A DNA stretch of 64,000 nucleotides from Spizellomyces punctatus DAOM BR117 (lineage: Eukaryota). The stretch lies in the NCBI GenBank assembly GCA_000182565.2, contig KQ257458.1. One strand, given 5' to 3'. Both the position numbers and the translations under genes were made by a program. The notes below the pieces were generated by a model, which did not search any database, was not told where the DNA came from, and saw only the letters and a list, made by a program, of their open reading frames with translations. Below, piece after piece: positions 13,642-26,376 of this stretch (position 1 is the stretch's first letter; each line of letters starts with the position of its first letter).

Positions 13642-15393
13642 ATGAAGCTTCCGGCAAGTGCAAATCAAGGGTTCAAACAGGAGCCACCAGTACTGCAAAA
13701 CCAGTATGAAGATGACCCAGCCCTACAAGGGATCTTGTTTCATTATCTTCCGCATTCCGACTTTGAAGCTGTCACCGGTGATCTGAAGAATTTGGGTCAA
13801 CGTGCAATTACAGATATTCTGGCGCTCGGGGACAATGCTGAACAGCATCATCCCACTCTAACGCAGTATGATCATTGGTGCAGGCGGATAGATAAGTTAG
13901 AAACCTCAGAAGGATGGCGGGCTTTGAAAGGGGTTGCCGCGGAGGAAGGTTTGATTGCCATCGGATACGAGCGTAAGCTACGCCAGTTCAGCAGGGTTTA
14001 CCAGTTTGCAAAGTTGTACGTCGCTGGGCCCAGCATGGCAATGTATACTTGTCCCTTGGCCATGACAGACGGGGCCGCTCGATTGATAGAATTACATGGC
14101 ACACAGGATATGAAGGAAACAGCTTTCGCGCGCCTCACATCGCGCGACCCGGCAAAATTTTGGACCAGTGGACAGTGGATGACGGAAAGACCTGGCGGGT
14201 CGGATGTCGGGGGTACGGAAACAGAGGCAGTTAAATCCAGCGATGGCCGGGGTTGGCTTCTATCCGGTTTCAAGTGGTTTTCATCGGCCACCGATTCTGA
14301 TATGACTTTTCTACTCGCTCGTACACGAGACCAATCGACTGGTTCAGTAAAAGAAGGGTCGCGAGGGCTTTCTCTGTTCTACGCCAAGCTGCGCGACTCT
14401 GACGGTAACCTCAATGGAATCCGAGTGCATCGGCTCAAAAACAAATTCGGTACCAAGGCTCTCCCAACCGCAGAGCTGGAGCTAGATAATCTCCCAGGGT
14501 CCATGGTGGGGTCCGAGCATCGTGGTGTTGCCACCATTGCAGTGATACTCAACATCACTCGCATACACAGCGCGTTGTGCACGACCTCAAGCCTTCGCAG
14601 GTCGTACGCAATCGCGAAGAGCTACGCCGAGAAACGTGTAGTATTTGGAAAGTCGTTGTCAACTCAACCACTTCATCTTGCTACCTTGGCTGATATTGAC
14701 ATGACCTTGCGCGGCGCTATGCAGCTCTTTTTCTTTGCGGTACTACTCCTCGGAGAATCCGAATGCCATCCCGATGAGAGCCGTCGCGCCCTGTCCGGAA
14801 CACTGCTTCGCATTACAACACCTCTTTTGAAAATGTGGGTTTGTCACGAAGCGATGCCGGCTATAACAGAAGCCCTGGAAGCATGTGGTGGACAGGGCTA
14901 CATGGAAGAGACTGGAATTGCCCGTCAGCTTCGCGACGCCCAGGTGAACTCGATTTGGGAAGGAACAACAAATGTCCAAGCTCTAGACTTGTTAAGGATC
15001 GTGGGCCCAGTCTTTCCTGTGTACAGGAAGAAAGTGCTTGAACTTGTGAGCCACGAGTCGCTACTGAAACTGCCCGTGAGCGTGGTTAAGGATGCCTTGG
15101 ATTATGTTCAAAAGATAATCGTTGCCATGCAAAGTTGGGAAAGAGATCAACAGGAAGCAAAGGCCCGGTTGCTTGGATTTGCATTGGCGAGGATACTCAT
15201 TGGGGCCCTCCTTATCGATCATGGTGTTTATCTGCAAAGAGAGGGTCATGGTGATGCTGAGGCGAGCTTAGTATGCGCAAAACGCTGGTGCGCGAACGTC
15301 GGATTATTGGTAGGGCAATTGGATGCAGCACCACATTCGTCGAAGGAAGATTTGGTATTAGTATACGGAAAGAGTTCAAGGGCTATGCTTTAA
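13642..15393 (+). CDS. Acyl-CoA dehydrogenase, AidB/ACDH-11-like, intronless, 583 aa
   Basis: CPLAMTDGAA, WTSGQWMTERPGGSDV, GFKWFSSATD, RLKNKFGTKALPTAELEL, GGQGYMEE, RDAQVNSIWEGTTNV. Confidence 0.93.
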   Translation: MKLPASANQGFKQEPPVLQNQYEDDPALQGILFHYLPHSDFEAVTGDLKNLGQRAITDILALGDNAEQHHPTLTQYDHWCRRIDKLETSEGWRALKGVAAEEGLIAIGYERKLRQFSRVYQFAKLYVAGPSMAMYTCPLAMTDGAARLIELHGTQDMKETAFARLTSRDPAKFWTSGQWMTERPGGSDVGGTETEAVKSSDGRGWLLSGFKWFSSATDSDMTFLLARTRDQSTGSVKEGSRGLSLFYAKLRDSDGNLNGIRVHRLKNKFGTKALPTAELELDNLPGSMVGSEHRGVATIAVILNITRIHSALCTTSSLRRSYAIAKSYAEKRVVFGKSLSTQPLHLATLADIDMTLRGAMQLFFFAVLLLGESECHPDESRRALSGTLLRITTPLLKMWVCHEAMPAITEALEACGGQGYMEETGIARQLRDAQVNSIWEGTTNVQALDLLRIVGPVFPVYRKKVLELVSHESLLKLPVSVVKDALDYVQKIIVAMQSWERDQQEAKARLLGFALARILIGALLIDHGVYLQREGHGDAEASLVCAKRWCANVGLLVGQLDAAPHSSKEDLVLVYGKSSRAML

Positions 15394-16042
15394 TTCCACT
15401 GCGAGGGGATCGCTGGTCAATATCTAGAGAGGTTACTAGTACTTTGGAATAATTTCTAGACGTAGCAATGGCTGCCGGTACTTTTGGATAGCGCTTGTGA
15501 CATCTGTCAAGCAAATGCTGGATCAGATCTCCTTCACAAATCCCAGCCCTGTTGGTGGATGGTTACCTAACATATGTCGACAATAACGATGGTCTTTTTT
15601 GGTTGGGGGCAGGTCGTTTCTCCTACCCTCGCGCTAAGTTCATCCAAACATATGCATGTGCAATTGCTGTGGATCTGGAATTTTGTCAAACAGTCCATCG
15701 GAGGAACAAGCAGATGCCAAGGATACCGGGATGGCTGATGCTATGATGTCGCTTACCAGTCATGAGTTTCTCCCAACAGGTAAAGAACGGGGCCTTGAGA
15801 TCCATTAGAAAGGAGATCAGAGAGGTGAGGTGGATGAGATCACTCACTCGGATCAGGCCTGTTGTCGTCGACAGTGGGGAACTATTTGAAGACGATCAAC
15901 GAGCTTTTGTAAACACAGATCAAACGTTTCGTCGATTCACCAAAGTTTGTTACGCCACTCTAATGGAGCTCTAGTATTGCAAACAAAAACAGACGATGTA
16001 CATGCATACATAAATTAAACAACAGCGAAAGAAACCACAATC

Positions 16043-16892
16043 TCAGGCGACATTCATCTTTGGTTTCGCAGCTCCGGCTTTCTTGGGACGAAGCCACTCT
16101 TTTGGGAATTCGAGATTCGCACGACGAGGTTTGACGTGTCGCAGATCCAATGGTACATCTGTGAAAGCATCTTTCTCATCCTACGCAAAATAGGCTTCAT
16201 GAGCACCAAACGACGAGATTCGCAGCATATACAGCGGCGTCCTACCTTTGCCTCATTCACCATTCCATTCAACAACTTCACCAACCCAATCCTATTCATC
16301 TCGCGATCCACCTCTGCGTTCCCAGTAGCAGCTACCTCACTTGTCTCCGCAGACACTGTAACCACATCGCTGTAAGGATCGTACTTGTCTCCAGCCAAAA
16401 GGAGAAATTTGTGACGTTGGGCAGGGGTCAACGGAAGTGTACCAACTTTGACCTGAACGGTGACTTTGGTAGAGTAGGGTGGTGGCTGTGTGAAGTCATA
16501 TGTGTAGCTGTCGTAATAAGTTGTTACAATGTGGGATGTTGGTGGTGGTGTGAACGGTCGGTGTTTTCCTATGCAACCATATTTAGAGCTTGCCACCAAC
16601 ACATCAATATTCCGACAATTCAGCACCACAAACCTTTAAGCATTTCGACATCATTCTTCATCTTCAACAATAGATCCTTGGTCCACTTCGCAGTTTCTAC
16701 AAAGTCAAGTTCGTAGCGGTGCAATCCATCCGCGGCGGTATCCCCACTGAGTGCTACAAAATCATTTTCGTCACGACGCTCGGCACCCGTTTGTTTCTTG
16801 CGTGCATAACTGGCAAACGTTGTGGTAAAGTTCCGGCTAGGTGCACGGACGGCTTTGAGGGCCGGGAGAAGCTTCCTGTATGGGCGCATCAT
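16043..16892 (-). CDS. RSM24: Mitochondrial small-subunit ribosomal protein mS35 (Rsm24), 3 exons
   Basis: Presequence-like N-terminus; KVTVQVKVGTLPLTPAQRHKFLLLAGDKYDP; DAFTDVPLDLRHVKP..LEFPKEW. Confidence 0.88.
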
Positions 16893-17108
16893 TGGGAGTG
16901 ACAGCTTGTCCAAAGATCCAACGTTGATTTCAGCGACCACCTATACCCGTTGCCATAGAAATTGGCAATTTTACCTCTTTTAGTTCTAATGGAACAGCGA
17001 GATTAATCACAACCTAGCAGGAACGGTGCATTGATCGTAAATGGCAAATGTATTATAATAAAAATGTGATAAAAATACTGCAGTCTCCATAATTTATATT
17101 ATACATGA

Positions 17109-19769
17109 CTACATAAAATCAGCGGCCACCGCTCGTCGGGGGCTCTTGCGGTCTGGAGTCGGGGTGTTTTTTGAAGCACTACGCGCTGATTTGGGAGTCT
17201 TTTTCTTGCTCTGTGAGGATGTAGGGGTCTTCTGAGCTCCTTGTTTAGTCGATGGTTTACCCTGCGGAGTTATCGGATCTGGTGATTTCGTGGAGCTCTT
17301 CTCTGAGATTGCAGGGTCTTTGGCGGATGTTGTGTTGGATTGTTGCAGCAGCGTTGTCAGGAGCACTGAAAGCTGGGACGATTTTGCGGCTTTTGGGCTT
17401 TTCTTTGATGTCTTTCCTGGAGTTTCCTTAGACTCTGTCACAGTCCCATCCCGTTTTGGCGTCCCCTTAGGCGTTCCTTCCTCTACAGTTTCGTTCGCTT
17501 GAACGTCTTCGTGGGCCTTTTCCGTCCACACGGCCGATTTCAGCAAACTTTCGAGCTTCTTGGCCACTGGTGTAGCAAGCGCAGGTTTCAACACAGGCGG
17601 CGCGCTAGTTTCTGTCTTGCGAGAGGGGGTGCCTTCCTCCGCCACGGGCTCTTTTATGTCGAAACCTAAAGGATATATAAGTAAATAAAAGCGTTCTCGT
17701 GCTCTATACGCGACTACTCACTTTTGACCATGTTTTTCTCCATGACAAATTTTACAGATTTCCTGGGATCGGAGCTGGCAGTTGCTATGAGCAGTGTCTG
17801 TTTGGATCATAGTTTAAACATTCGAGCATTTGACGGTCGCCGCAACATCGCCTGCAACCAACCTTTTGGGTTTGTTTCGCAGGGACTGTCATCGCATTCT
17901 TTCCCGTCTTCTTTTGTTTCGATTGCGGTGTAACTTGGAAATCCATTAACTGTCAATATTCTAAAATGGTTCACAGCTGCTACATTGCTATTGCTTACCT
18001 GGACTCAGCTTTGGATCTATACTGTCTGTTACGGTTCCGGGCAGTGGAAGTGCACCGGTTGCGTCCTGGGTCTTCTTGGCTATAAAACACCAATGAGTCG
18101 ACGACCGACGCCACGCATGACATACAGGATCGACATACTTTTGGCCTTGGGTATCTTCGTGACCTTAACCTCCACCTTATACTGTTCAATTCCGTCCATC
18201 CCCTCGCCCGTTACGTCCACCCTCGCATCTGATGATTCTCCGTGCATATTTTCTTTGACATCCATCACCTGTGCCGTTTCATCTGCAGTCTCTGTCTTGC
18301 CCTTCTTTCCCTTCTTCTTTTTCTTCCTCGGGGAAGCATCCTCTTCGCTAGTGTCAACTGGCGCTGCTTTCCGCTTTGACCCCACGAGATCGTCATGTGC
18401 TCTTTCCTCACTCTTGGGTTCAGACTGGGCCTGGCCTTTGCCATTCACCTTCAAAGTAGCCGGACCAGCATCGATCAAATGGTCCGGCTTGCTTTTTGTT
18501 CCTTTGATGGCGCCTTTGGAGGTTTTCAACAGGCTCTCATCCACATCAATCTTCACAACTTTTGCATACGCTTTAAATAAGTGTTGCACTTTTGGTCGGT
18601 TTTTCACGAGGACATCGGAGCCTATTGCGATATCGAATATTCGCCGTCCAATTCGCTCGCAGTCAAACGGGAGAGAGGGGACGTCGTGATCCATCGCGCT
18701 GTCATCTGTTCAGAAGGCGAGTTTGATCCGTGTCCTCAGTCTATAAGTAGAGCAATGTTAAAACACTTACCTTTCGAAGTTTGATCGAGAATGTGCTCAA
18801 AAATATTTTCTCGGACCTTAGCGAAGACAACATCGTTTGCTGATTTGGATATGATATCAAAAAAGGGATCCAGTAGCTGAAAAACGGCGTCCGCAGTCGC
18901 CTAGGTCGAGTACATACGTCAGGCAACATCTGCGGCAAAGAATTTCTCTGTTATTTCTTACCTTTCCTCCAACTGCTCTCTGAAGTTCCTCCAGGTACAC
19001 TTCCGCGGTGTGGTACCTCAAAGAGTCTGGAGTTTTCAGATCGTTGAGCCTGGAGAACGCATTGATGAGATTACAAGAGCAATTCCTTCGGCCACACGAT
19101 ATCTGTCAAACATACTTCAAAGGTCCATTCTTCAAGATCTGCAGGTACTCCCCAACCACATCGGCATCCCACCCTTTGCTCTCCAAATACTTGAACCCGT
19201 AGAAATGGAATTTTCTCAACAACATATAGTACTTGTCCAATCTGTTCAATCACAATGAGCAACTCCCCATGTTCATTGATAAGAACAAGTTTTGCACCTC
19301 AGCCTGTCGATCCCATGCCAATCCGCAACGATTATAGTCCAAAACGCTCGAATATACCGCAAAACCGTGGACTGAGGTAAGTGGAGTGCTAGGCTAGCGA
19401 GCTTATCCGCCAGGTGCTGTTGAATGAGAGGCTTATCGGACATCCAGAAACCTTGCAGATACAAAGGTTATTCAATGCAACATGGTGAGCAAACAATTGA
19501 CCTGACTCAACTGTAGAAAAGTCCTTTCCAAAGTTTCAAGAGATCAAGATCCTTAATTTCTTCATTGTTTACCAGCCATTTCGTGAGACCTCTGACTGCC
19601 CGGTCGCGGATGCTCTTATCTGCAAGTGTATTGGAATTGAAAGCGCGAGACATTAAAACAGAGGCGAGAACAAAAAAAAAACAAAAAGATCGCAATATGC
19701 ATTCAGCTGCGAACCTGTATGCGCAAGTTGCCTGCCAAACCCGCTCTGCATTCCTGAACCGTCCGTCAT
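17109..19769 (-). CDS. RRP1: Nucleolar rRNA-processing protein Rrp1/Nop52, multi-exon
   Basis: FGRQLAHT|DKSIRDRAVRGLTKWL..LLKLWKGLFY..FWMSDKPLIQQHLA..WHGIDRLR; Lys-rich low-complexity C-terminus. Confidence 0.92.
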
Positions 19770-20089
19770 AATGTCCAGTATTCGGTACGGATGTCGTCAG
19801 AATATGGGCAGAATATCGGCAAGCAAATCAAAAAACATCCTTTGAGATAGCCAAAAAATCCCAACTTGTACGCATAACGTAACTGTGCCACCACTCAGCA
19901 AAAACAGTTAAAACGAATCGCTCAAACGATATTTTTTCTTCGATGCAGCTATACGATTAGCTTTTAACAATTTCTCGTATTTGAAAGTACAATAATAACA
20001 TCTAACGTAAGGTTCTATCTTACCACCTTATTCCAAACATCCATCAAATGGTTGTTCACACCAGAATGCCTCTATCATCATTCTACATC

Positions 20090-21331
20090 TCATTGTCTTG
20101 ACTTTGCAGCCGCCGACAAAGCAGCAATCTTGCGGTCAACCACCATCTTACGCCCTTTCCGATGATCCTCATAGTCTCTCCCAACCCGAGACTGAGGTCC
20201 AATGTCCTTGGACAGTATAAACCGGACCAGCACCATTACCCACGACGTGTGATAGGCTAAAGTGTTGTAGAATTCGGGTGCAACATCCCGGACTTTCCGT
20301 AGATTACTCCATGGTACCTAAAACGACGCGTAGGCGGTCAGATTACAGAACACGTTATTGTCACAATAAAGGAGAAACAGCAAGCATACCTTGGTAAAAT
20401 CATGATGTTCGTTATGATATCCAATGTTCATGAATAGGTAATTCAAGCTTCCATAGTAGGAGTAAGTCTCTTGTCCATCGTCAAAAGTGAAGTGCTCTTG
20501 AATAAAGTGAGCCGCGGCAGGGTGAATGCCGTAGCCAAACCATAAGGATAGGAACAGATACAAGAAACCCCTTGGTCCACAGTAGATCCAGACAAGGGCA
20601 TCCGTCGTGATAGTGAACACCCAGTTATACAGTTCCCATCTAGATGGCCGCTTTTGCATTGCTGCCCCTCTCACTACGTACATCATCGGGTAAAAGAAGA
20701 GAAAGACGAACTTCAAGAGCGGATTGCCTCTGATCAGTTTCACTTCCCAATCAAGGGGAAGGTCCGGATCATGGCCAATGACGCCTTGGTAGGCGTGGTG
20801 CTCCAGGTGATACCGGCGGAAGGAGGCATAGATGGGGAACGGGATGCCAATGTTGGCCACGAGCCCTACCGCACGATTGATAGCCATTCCTTCCCCACAC
20901 AGACCATGGGTTGCTTCATGAATGATTACACCATAGACCTGTGTCAAGGACCCACCAACAATATACGTGCACGCAAGCATTCCCCACAAGGAGTCGGTCG
21001 CCACGCGCCCGAAATAGTACGCAAGGGCCACTTGGATGGAAGCGGTCAGCAAGGCAATCCACTTTGTAAGCGGTTCGTAGCCATATAGTGTTTTTATTTC
21101 GGGGTGGCTCTCCAGAATGGCAAGCTTTCGCTTAATATGCGGTTCGTCAAGGTCATCCTTGGCAATGTCGTCGTCCTTTCCTGGAATAGACCGGAGCCAG
21201 TCTCCCAGATAAAGAGGATGCCGACGGTCCAGCTGCTCTGTGCTTTCGTCTTTGGCACCTGCACCAGCTCTAGACCGAAGGTTCTCGGCCGCAGAGGCGG
21301 CTGATCTGAGCGCTGGTGTTGTGGAACACAT
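20090..21331 (-). CDS. DES1: Sphingolipid delta-4 desaturase, 2 exons
   Basis: EPHIKRKLAILESHPEIKTLYG N-terminal motif; His boxes HEATH, HLEHH, HNEHH; HFIQEH; QETYSYYG. Confidence 0.95.
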
Positions 21332-22225
21332 TGCCAAGCTTACTTGAGCTATACCGAAACGTGTTTGAATAACCTGCTACGTGCAAGAGCGTCCCAAGAG
21401 TTCTATAGGCATACCTTGGAGCAAAGTTGGCGGATCAGTGCCAAGAACGAGGAGTGTTCTGTGGGGATGGGAGGGGCTGAAAAACGAAAACGCTAAACGG
21501 CCAAGTGATTTTCACCCTTTTAAATACGCGCGGCCAACTTTAAGCCCCGCCCGCCAAGCCGAAAATGGTTACATTGGATCTGCAAGTCAAATTGACTTGA
21601 AATGACACATTTCTTCAGCGCTTTTGGGCATTTGCTCGCTGGGAATCCTCGAGGATTTGGACACCACATCTTTCGTCTACTTGAGTGAAGATGAACGCTT
21701 TTTGGTCGCGCAAGTGCCGAATGTGTTGCACATCCCCAATGGAGGGGAACTGCCGCCTAGAAGGCATTTTCCCCTAAAGGGCAACCCCGTTCAACGGGGG
21801 CTTCTGGCATTAGACAGGTCAAGCTTGACGGGCTCCATCTAGCACTGATCGCTCCCCGTAGCTGATTCCCCTCGAACTATGCTTTCGATTTTCGATTTCT
21901 GCTTGTTCCTTGATGATGAGCGATCCAAAGTTCAGGAAATGGATCGTGACAGGTTGCCACCACTTGAAAACCTCCTATTCCGGCATTTACCCGGTAGATG
22001 ACCTGACAGCCCTCTTTCAGAATGCTCTGAATGAGATGGACATGCCATTCAACAAGCGTGCAAATCCCTATTCAACCTGCTCTTCCTTCGCCATCGACCC
22101 TCAGAATGTTGCAAATTCCATTGTTTACATAAGCAGAACCAGTGCTTAGTAACCGAATAACCTTATCCACAGATCATAGATCCCAGGTAACTGCCGTGGG
22201 GAAACTTGAACTTTTTGTTGAGGAA

Positions 22226-24547
22226 ATGTCGCGAAGGACCAGTATAACGTGTGAGCACCTGGCACCCCCATGTCTGTGTTCGCACAACACAACCTCACAT
22301 GAAGGTGACCATGACCAAACACCGGGCAAAACGGGCGAGTCGCGAACCTCGTGGGCTTCGATGAGCAGCAATGGCTCCACAGCATCCTCTTCTGACCGAC
22401 ACCAAAAGATGCCTTCGAATACCTTTTACAAACGGACATTGCCCTCCACATGCACACCCTTCAACTCTGCAAAAGGTCGCTCTCTGTTTACCGGAGCGTT
22501 GACGGAAGGATACATGGAGACATACTTTGCTCTATCATTGCAATATTTAACCCAGTCAGAGCCAGCATATTGTGGACTTTCTTCTCTTTGTATGGTGCTG
22601 AACGCTCTTGAAATTGATCCCGGACGGCAGTGGAAAGGCGTTTGGAGATGGTATGATGAGAGCATGCTCGACTGTTGTAGACCTCTGGAAGACGTCATGA
22701 AGAACGGAATTACGTTGCCAGAGTTCGTATGCCTAGCACGATGCAATGGACTAAAGGCGCACCTGAGAAGGGCAGACAAAATGTGAGATAAATATTCAAA
22801 GACCCAGGGTTTACATGTAGCGCGGGAAGGTTGACTGACTGCTACGCTACCGCACGTCTTCCTCAGCACGAAAGAGCAATTTCTGGCCGATTTAAAGCAA
22901 ACGTCTCGCGAGCCAAAAGAATTCTTGGTCGTATCGTACGATCGCGGAACTCTACAGCAGACTGGAACGGGGCATTTTAGCCCGGTGGGTGGGTATAACG
23001 AGTCAGAAGACATGGTCTTGATATTGGATGTCGCGCGCTTCAAGGTTTGTCGTACTGTTGCAAACATCTCGGTAATGTGTAAATTGTACTCAAAGCTGCG
23101 ATCCATCGCATATTTTTCAGTATCCAGCATACTGGGTGCCGTTCGATCTGCTCTGGTATGGGGTTGCAGTTGATCTGTCGTAGTCCTCAGAATGACTAGA
23201 CGGAAAACCATTTTTCACACCAGGCAATCACTGCAACCGTGCGACACAACAACTGGGAAGCCAAGGTACACGCCAACGTAGTGCCTATCCAGCATCTACC
23301 AACAAGGCGGACTAAATTTCACTATTGAAAACAGGGGCTATGTCATCCTCAAACGAGGAAAGCGTAGCTACGTGCAATCCGCCCTCAGTCAGCTGGCCGT
23401 GAACCGCGAGTCTTGGCCTCGTTTGTCCAACATCCTATTCCAAGAACTCCCCAAGCGGTTTGCCACGTCACCACCCGAGAGCCCTGCTCAGTTCATTTCC
23501 GTTGTTGTGGACGCCATTCCCGATGAGTATGATTCTGTGGTGGAAAATCGCATGCCGCTATTTGTGGCTCCTTTTGCTGCAGATGATCAGGTGTTAACAG
23601 CAACCGCAGATGGAACGAGCGTGGGACAATGTGACCCACACCAGGTCGGCTGTGAAAACGTCCAGGCTACTCTGGATGCATACGTAGCCGGGCTCGATGA
23701 TTTGTTGCACAAGCTTGCGGAAACCGATCTGTATCGGTTTGTGGCGGACTCAATTGCGTCCAAGCGCAAGATGCGAAATAGAGAACAAATTATGGCTATG
23801 GCGGCAGCTGCCAGCGCCAAAGCAGCTGCCGCTCTTGCCGCTCAGAATGGTGAACCAACGGACGCAACTACCGAACCCACCTCATCCACACCACCGATCC
23901 TTAAACCTCTCTTCATCGAGCGTACTTCCGCCATGTCTTCTGCCCGTATCTCTTCCCCACCAATGTCTCCTCGTTACGCTGTCATCAATGCTACGCAATC
24001 CTGTGTGTCCAGCCCTCGACTTAGCGGAATTTTCACCCCTGAGCGAGCAACATCGTCATCCTCACTGTCACTATCCCTTGCTAATCTGCATCCGCCTAAC
24101 CATCCAGTAAACGACTTCACTGCTTTCTTGACCATGTTTTTGTTTGCCCTGTTTTCTTACAAGCCTTTCCATGAAAATTTGAGGGACGTGGACGCGGATG
24201 GGGATTATGGTTTATTAGAGCTACAGCATCAGGATCCACCGTCGCAGGAGGGAACCCGGAATGGAAAAGCAAGTGGAGAGTTTATGCCAAACGGCCGGAG
24301 GATGTCTATGGCTGAACGAGTTCGAGGTGTCGTCAACTTGGATGTGGCAGGAATTCAGGATGTGAATTTGCGAATGGAGGTTGCTTTTTTGCGGGACCAA
24401 ATTGCTGCTTTGACAGAATTGCAGAGTCAGGATGCAAGTCGGGTTGCCGGTGTACCTACACCATCATCGGCGTCATCTTCTCTTTCGGTTGACGCAAGTG
24501 TACCATTGTTGACAGATGCCAATGCAAGCAATGTTAATAGTTCATGA
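22226..24547 (+). CDS. PCS1: Phytochelatin synthase (glutathione gamma-glutamylcysteinyltransferase), multi-exon
   Basis: [10 protein letters not shown] (catalytic Cys), [29 protein letters not shown] (His), LDVARFK|YPAYW (Asp), TTGKPR|GY. Confidence 0.95.
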
Positions 24548-24718
24548 CGAACTAGAGAAGCGAGGTGCATGAAACCAAAGCTGTTACAGTAGCCCATGGC
24601 TAGAACATTCTGTATTCAGTATTTGCTCTAGTGCTGAAACGGCCCTTATCACCTACTATACACCATCTCTAGATATTTTATACAAAAAAGATACAGATTA
24701 TCGCTAATATGTATCGCA

Positions 24719-26225
24719 TTAAACTTTGGCGGCAAAACTTCTCAACAAAGCATCCTCTCCCCCGCTAAAAATGTACTCTCCCACCCAATCTACTCCAAAA
24801 ACCTTTTGCTCTTTAGTTTTGTCCCCGCCCGCTAACGTGTACATTGGCGTCGTACTCCGTATATCCCATACTTTTATAGTCGAGTCATATGACCCGCTGA
24901 CAAAGGTGTAAGAGTTTGTTGACGACCATCGGACGGAGGAGACCCAGTTGGTGTGAGAAGAGAGGTGGAGTTTAACCGTCTGGCCTTCTGTTTTATGCGC
25001 AAGATCACCAAAGGATAAGCCATCGACTATGGCAAAGAAATGGCCTGAACAAACACAACAAGCACGTACCCTGAGCTCTCAAATCCCACAATCGAAGAAC
25101 TCCATCCGAATGCCCCGTAACAATCAACCCATTCTCACCAGAGTAATCCATGCCTAAAACGACTTTTTCGCAATTTCTGGTAACTGTGTTTGTACTTTGC
25201 TCTACATCCCATGCACGCACGGTGTGGTCCCATCCGCCTGTGACCAACATGGCCGAGTTTGTCGGTGCAAAAGTAACGCAAGAAATGGGACCCACGTGGC
25301 CGGTGAGACGCTTTTGAGCACGCTGTTAGGGCATCTGGGTTAGCTTGTATAAGAAATCAAGAAGGACCAAATTCATACATACCTTGAGTGGAATGACAGA
25401 TGAATCGGCACCTTGGTCTGATTTGAGTTTTCTTCGCTTCCGCGATTCGCCACCATTATCGTCCTCTGCTTCCTCAACATCGTTCGGATCCGTATTCCAG
25501 AGCAAGACACATCCATCCCATGATACAGTCGCCAATTCCTTTCCATCCGGACTGCACGCCACCCCCTCCACACTTCCAGTATGCCCCACACATTCATACA
25601 GTATTCTCGACTTGTTTCCTTCAGCATCGTACTCCCAACCAAACACTTTAGCATCCTGCCCCCCCGTAACAAATCGATATCGCTCCGCAATAGAAGACTC
25701 AGGAATCCATGATACAGACTTAATCGGGCCCGAATGCCCCTTCAAAACTGCCTTACAAACTCCTGACCGATCCCACACCCTACCCAAGGTATCAAAGCAA
25801 CCCGTCAATACTAGCCCAGAACTATGTCCGCGGACGCTGGAAATCCATTCATCGTGCTCAAATGCTGCCGCTGGGGAGGGTGGTAGTGTTGCTTCCACAT
25901 ATTCCAGTTCGACAATGTTTTCAGTTGAGAGGCCGTGATTGTCCAAGTATGTTTTAAGACTCGTTTGAAGGAATTTTCCGTCGATCAGAAAATTGAAGGG
26001 AATAGGCTTAAGTGTGGTCTCGTCGGACTCGGTGTCTGTTGCCGTTCGTCCGAGAAGATGGTTAATAATTTCGGAGAGACCGTAGCGTCTCAGACGAGCA
26101 GGAACAAGGATTGCTGTATCGGTAACGGCATGCTGTTGTTGGCGGGTGCGGAACCGTACTTGGACTTGAATATCTCCCACCTTGTTTGTTGAGGTGGCTG
26201 GTGATGGGGGTTGTTCAGTAGTCAT
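24719..26225 (-). CDS. YTM1: Ribosome biogenesis protein Ytm1/WDR12 (NLE/UBL + WD40), 3 exons
   Basis: VPARLRRYGLSEIINHLL, IPFNFLIDGKFLQTSL, ENIVELEYVEA, HDEWISSV, then WD40 repeats. Confidence 0.95.
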
Positions 26226-26376
26226 GCTGGTGGTTCTGTGCAAACTGGAGTGTGATCTCGGAAAGGCAGCAAGATCAACCAACATCGCCAAAAACAAATT
26301 CAAGTTTGATGAGATAATGTGGCGTAAAGAAAACCACGTGATACATGTTGTTCCAGTGTCAATGTAGTCTGCGTAT

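Noticed and set aside
15420-16030. Short ORFs between the ACAD and RSM24 3' ends suggesting a decayed gene
   Set aside because: No recognisable motif in any frame; cannot support a pseudogene call
16620-16640. TGC-TGA at the end of the RSM24 first-exon ORF as possible selenocysteine or frameshift
   Set aside because: Explained by an ordinary GT-AG intron that restores the frame
22426-23211. 261-aa minus-strand ORF (and similar antisense ORFs over RRP1, YTM1, VRP1 and IWS1)
   Set aside because: Overlap well-supported genes on the opposite strand and show no family motifs
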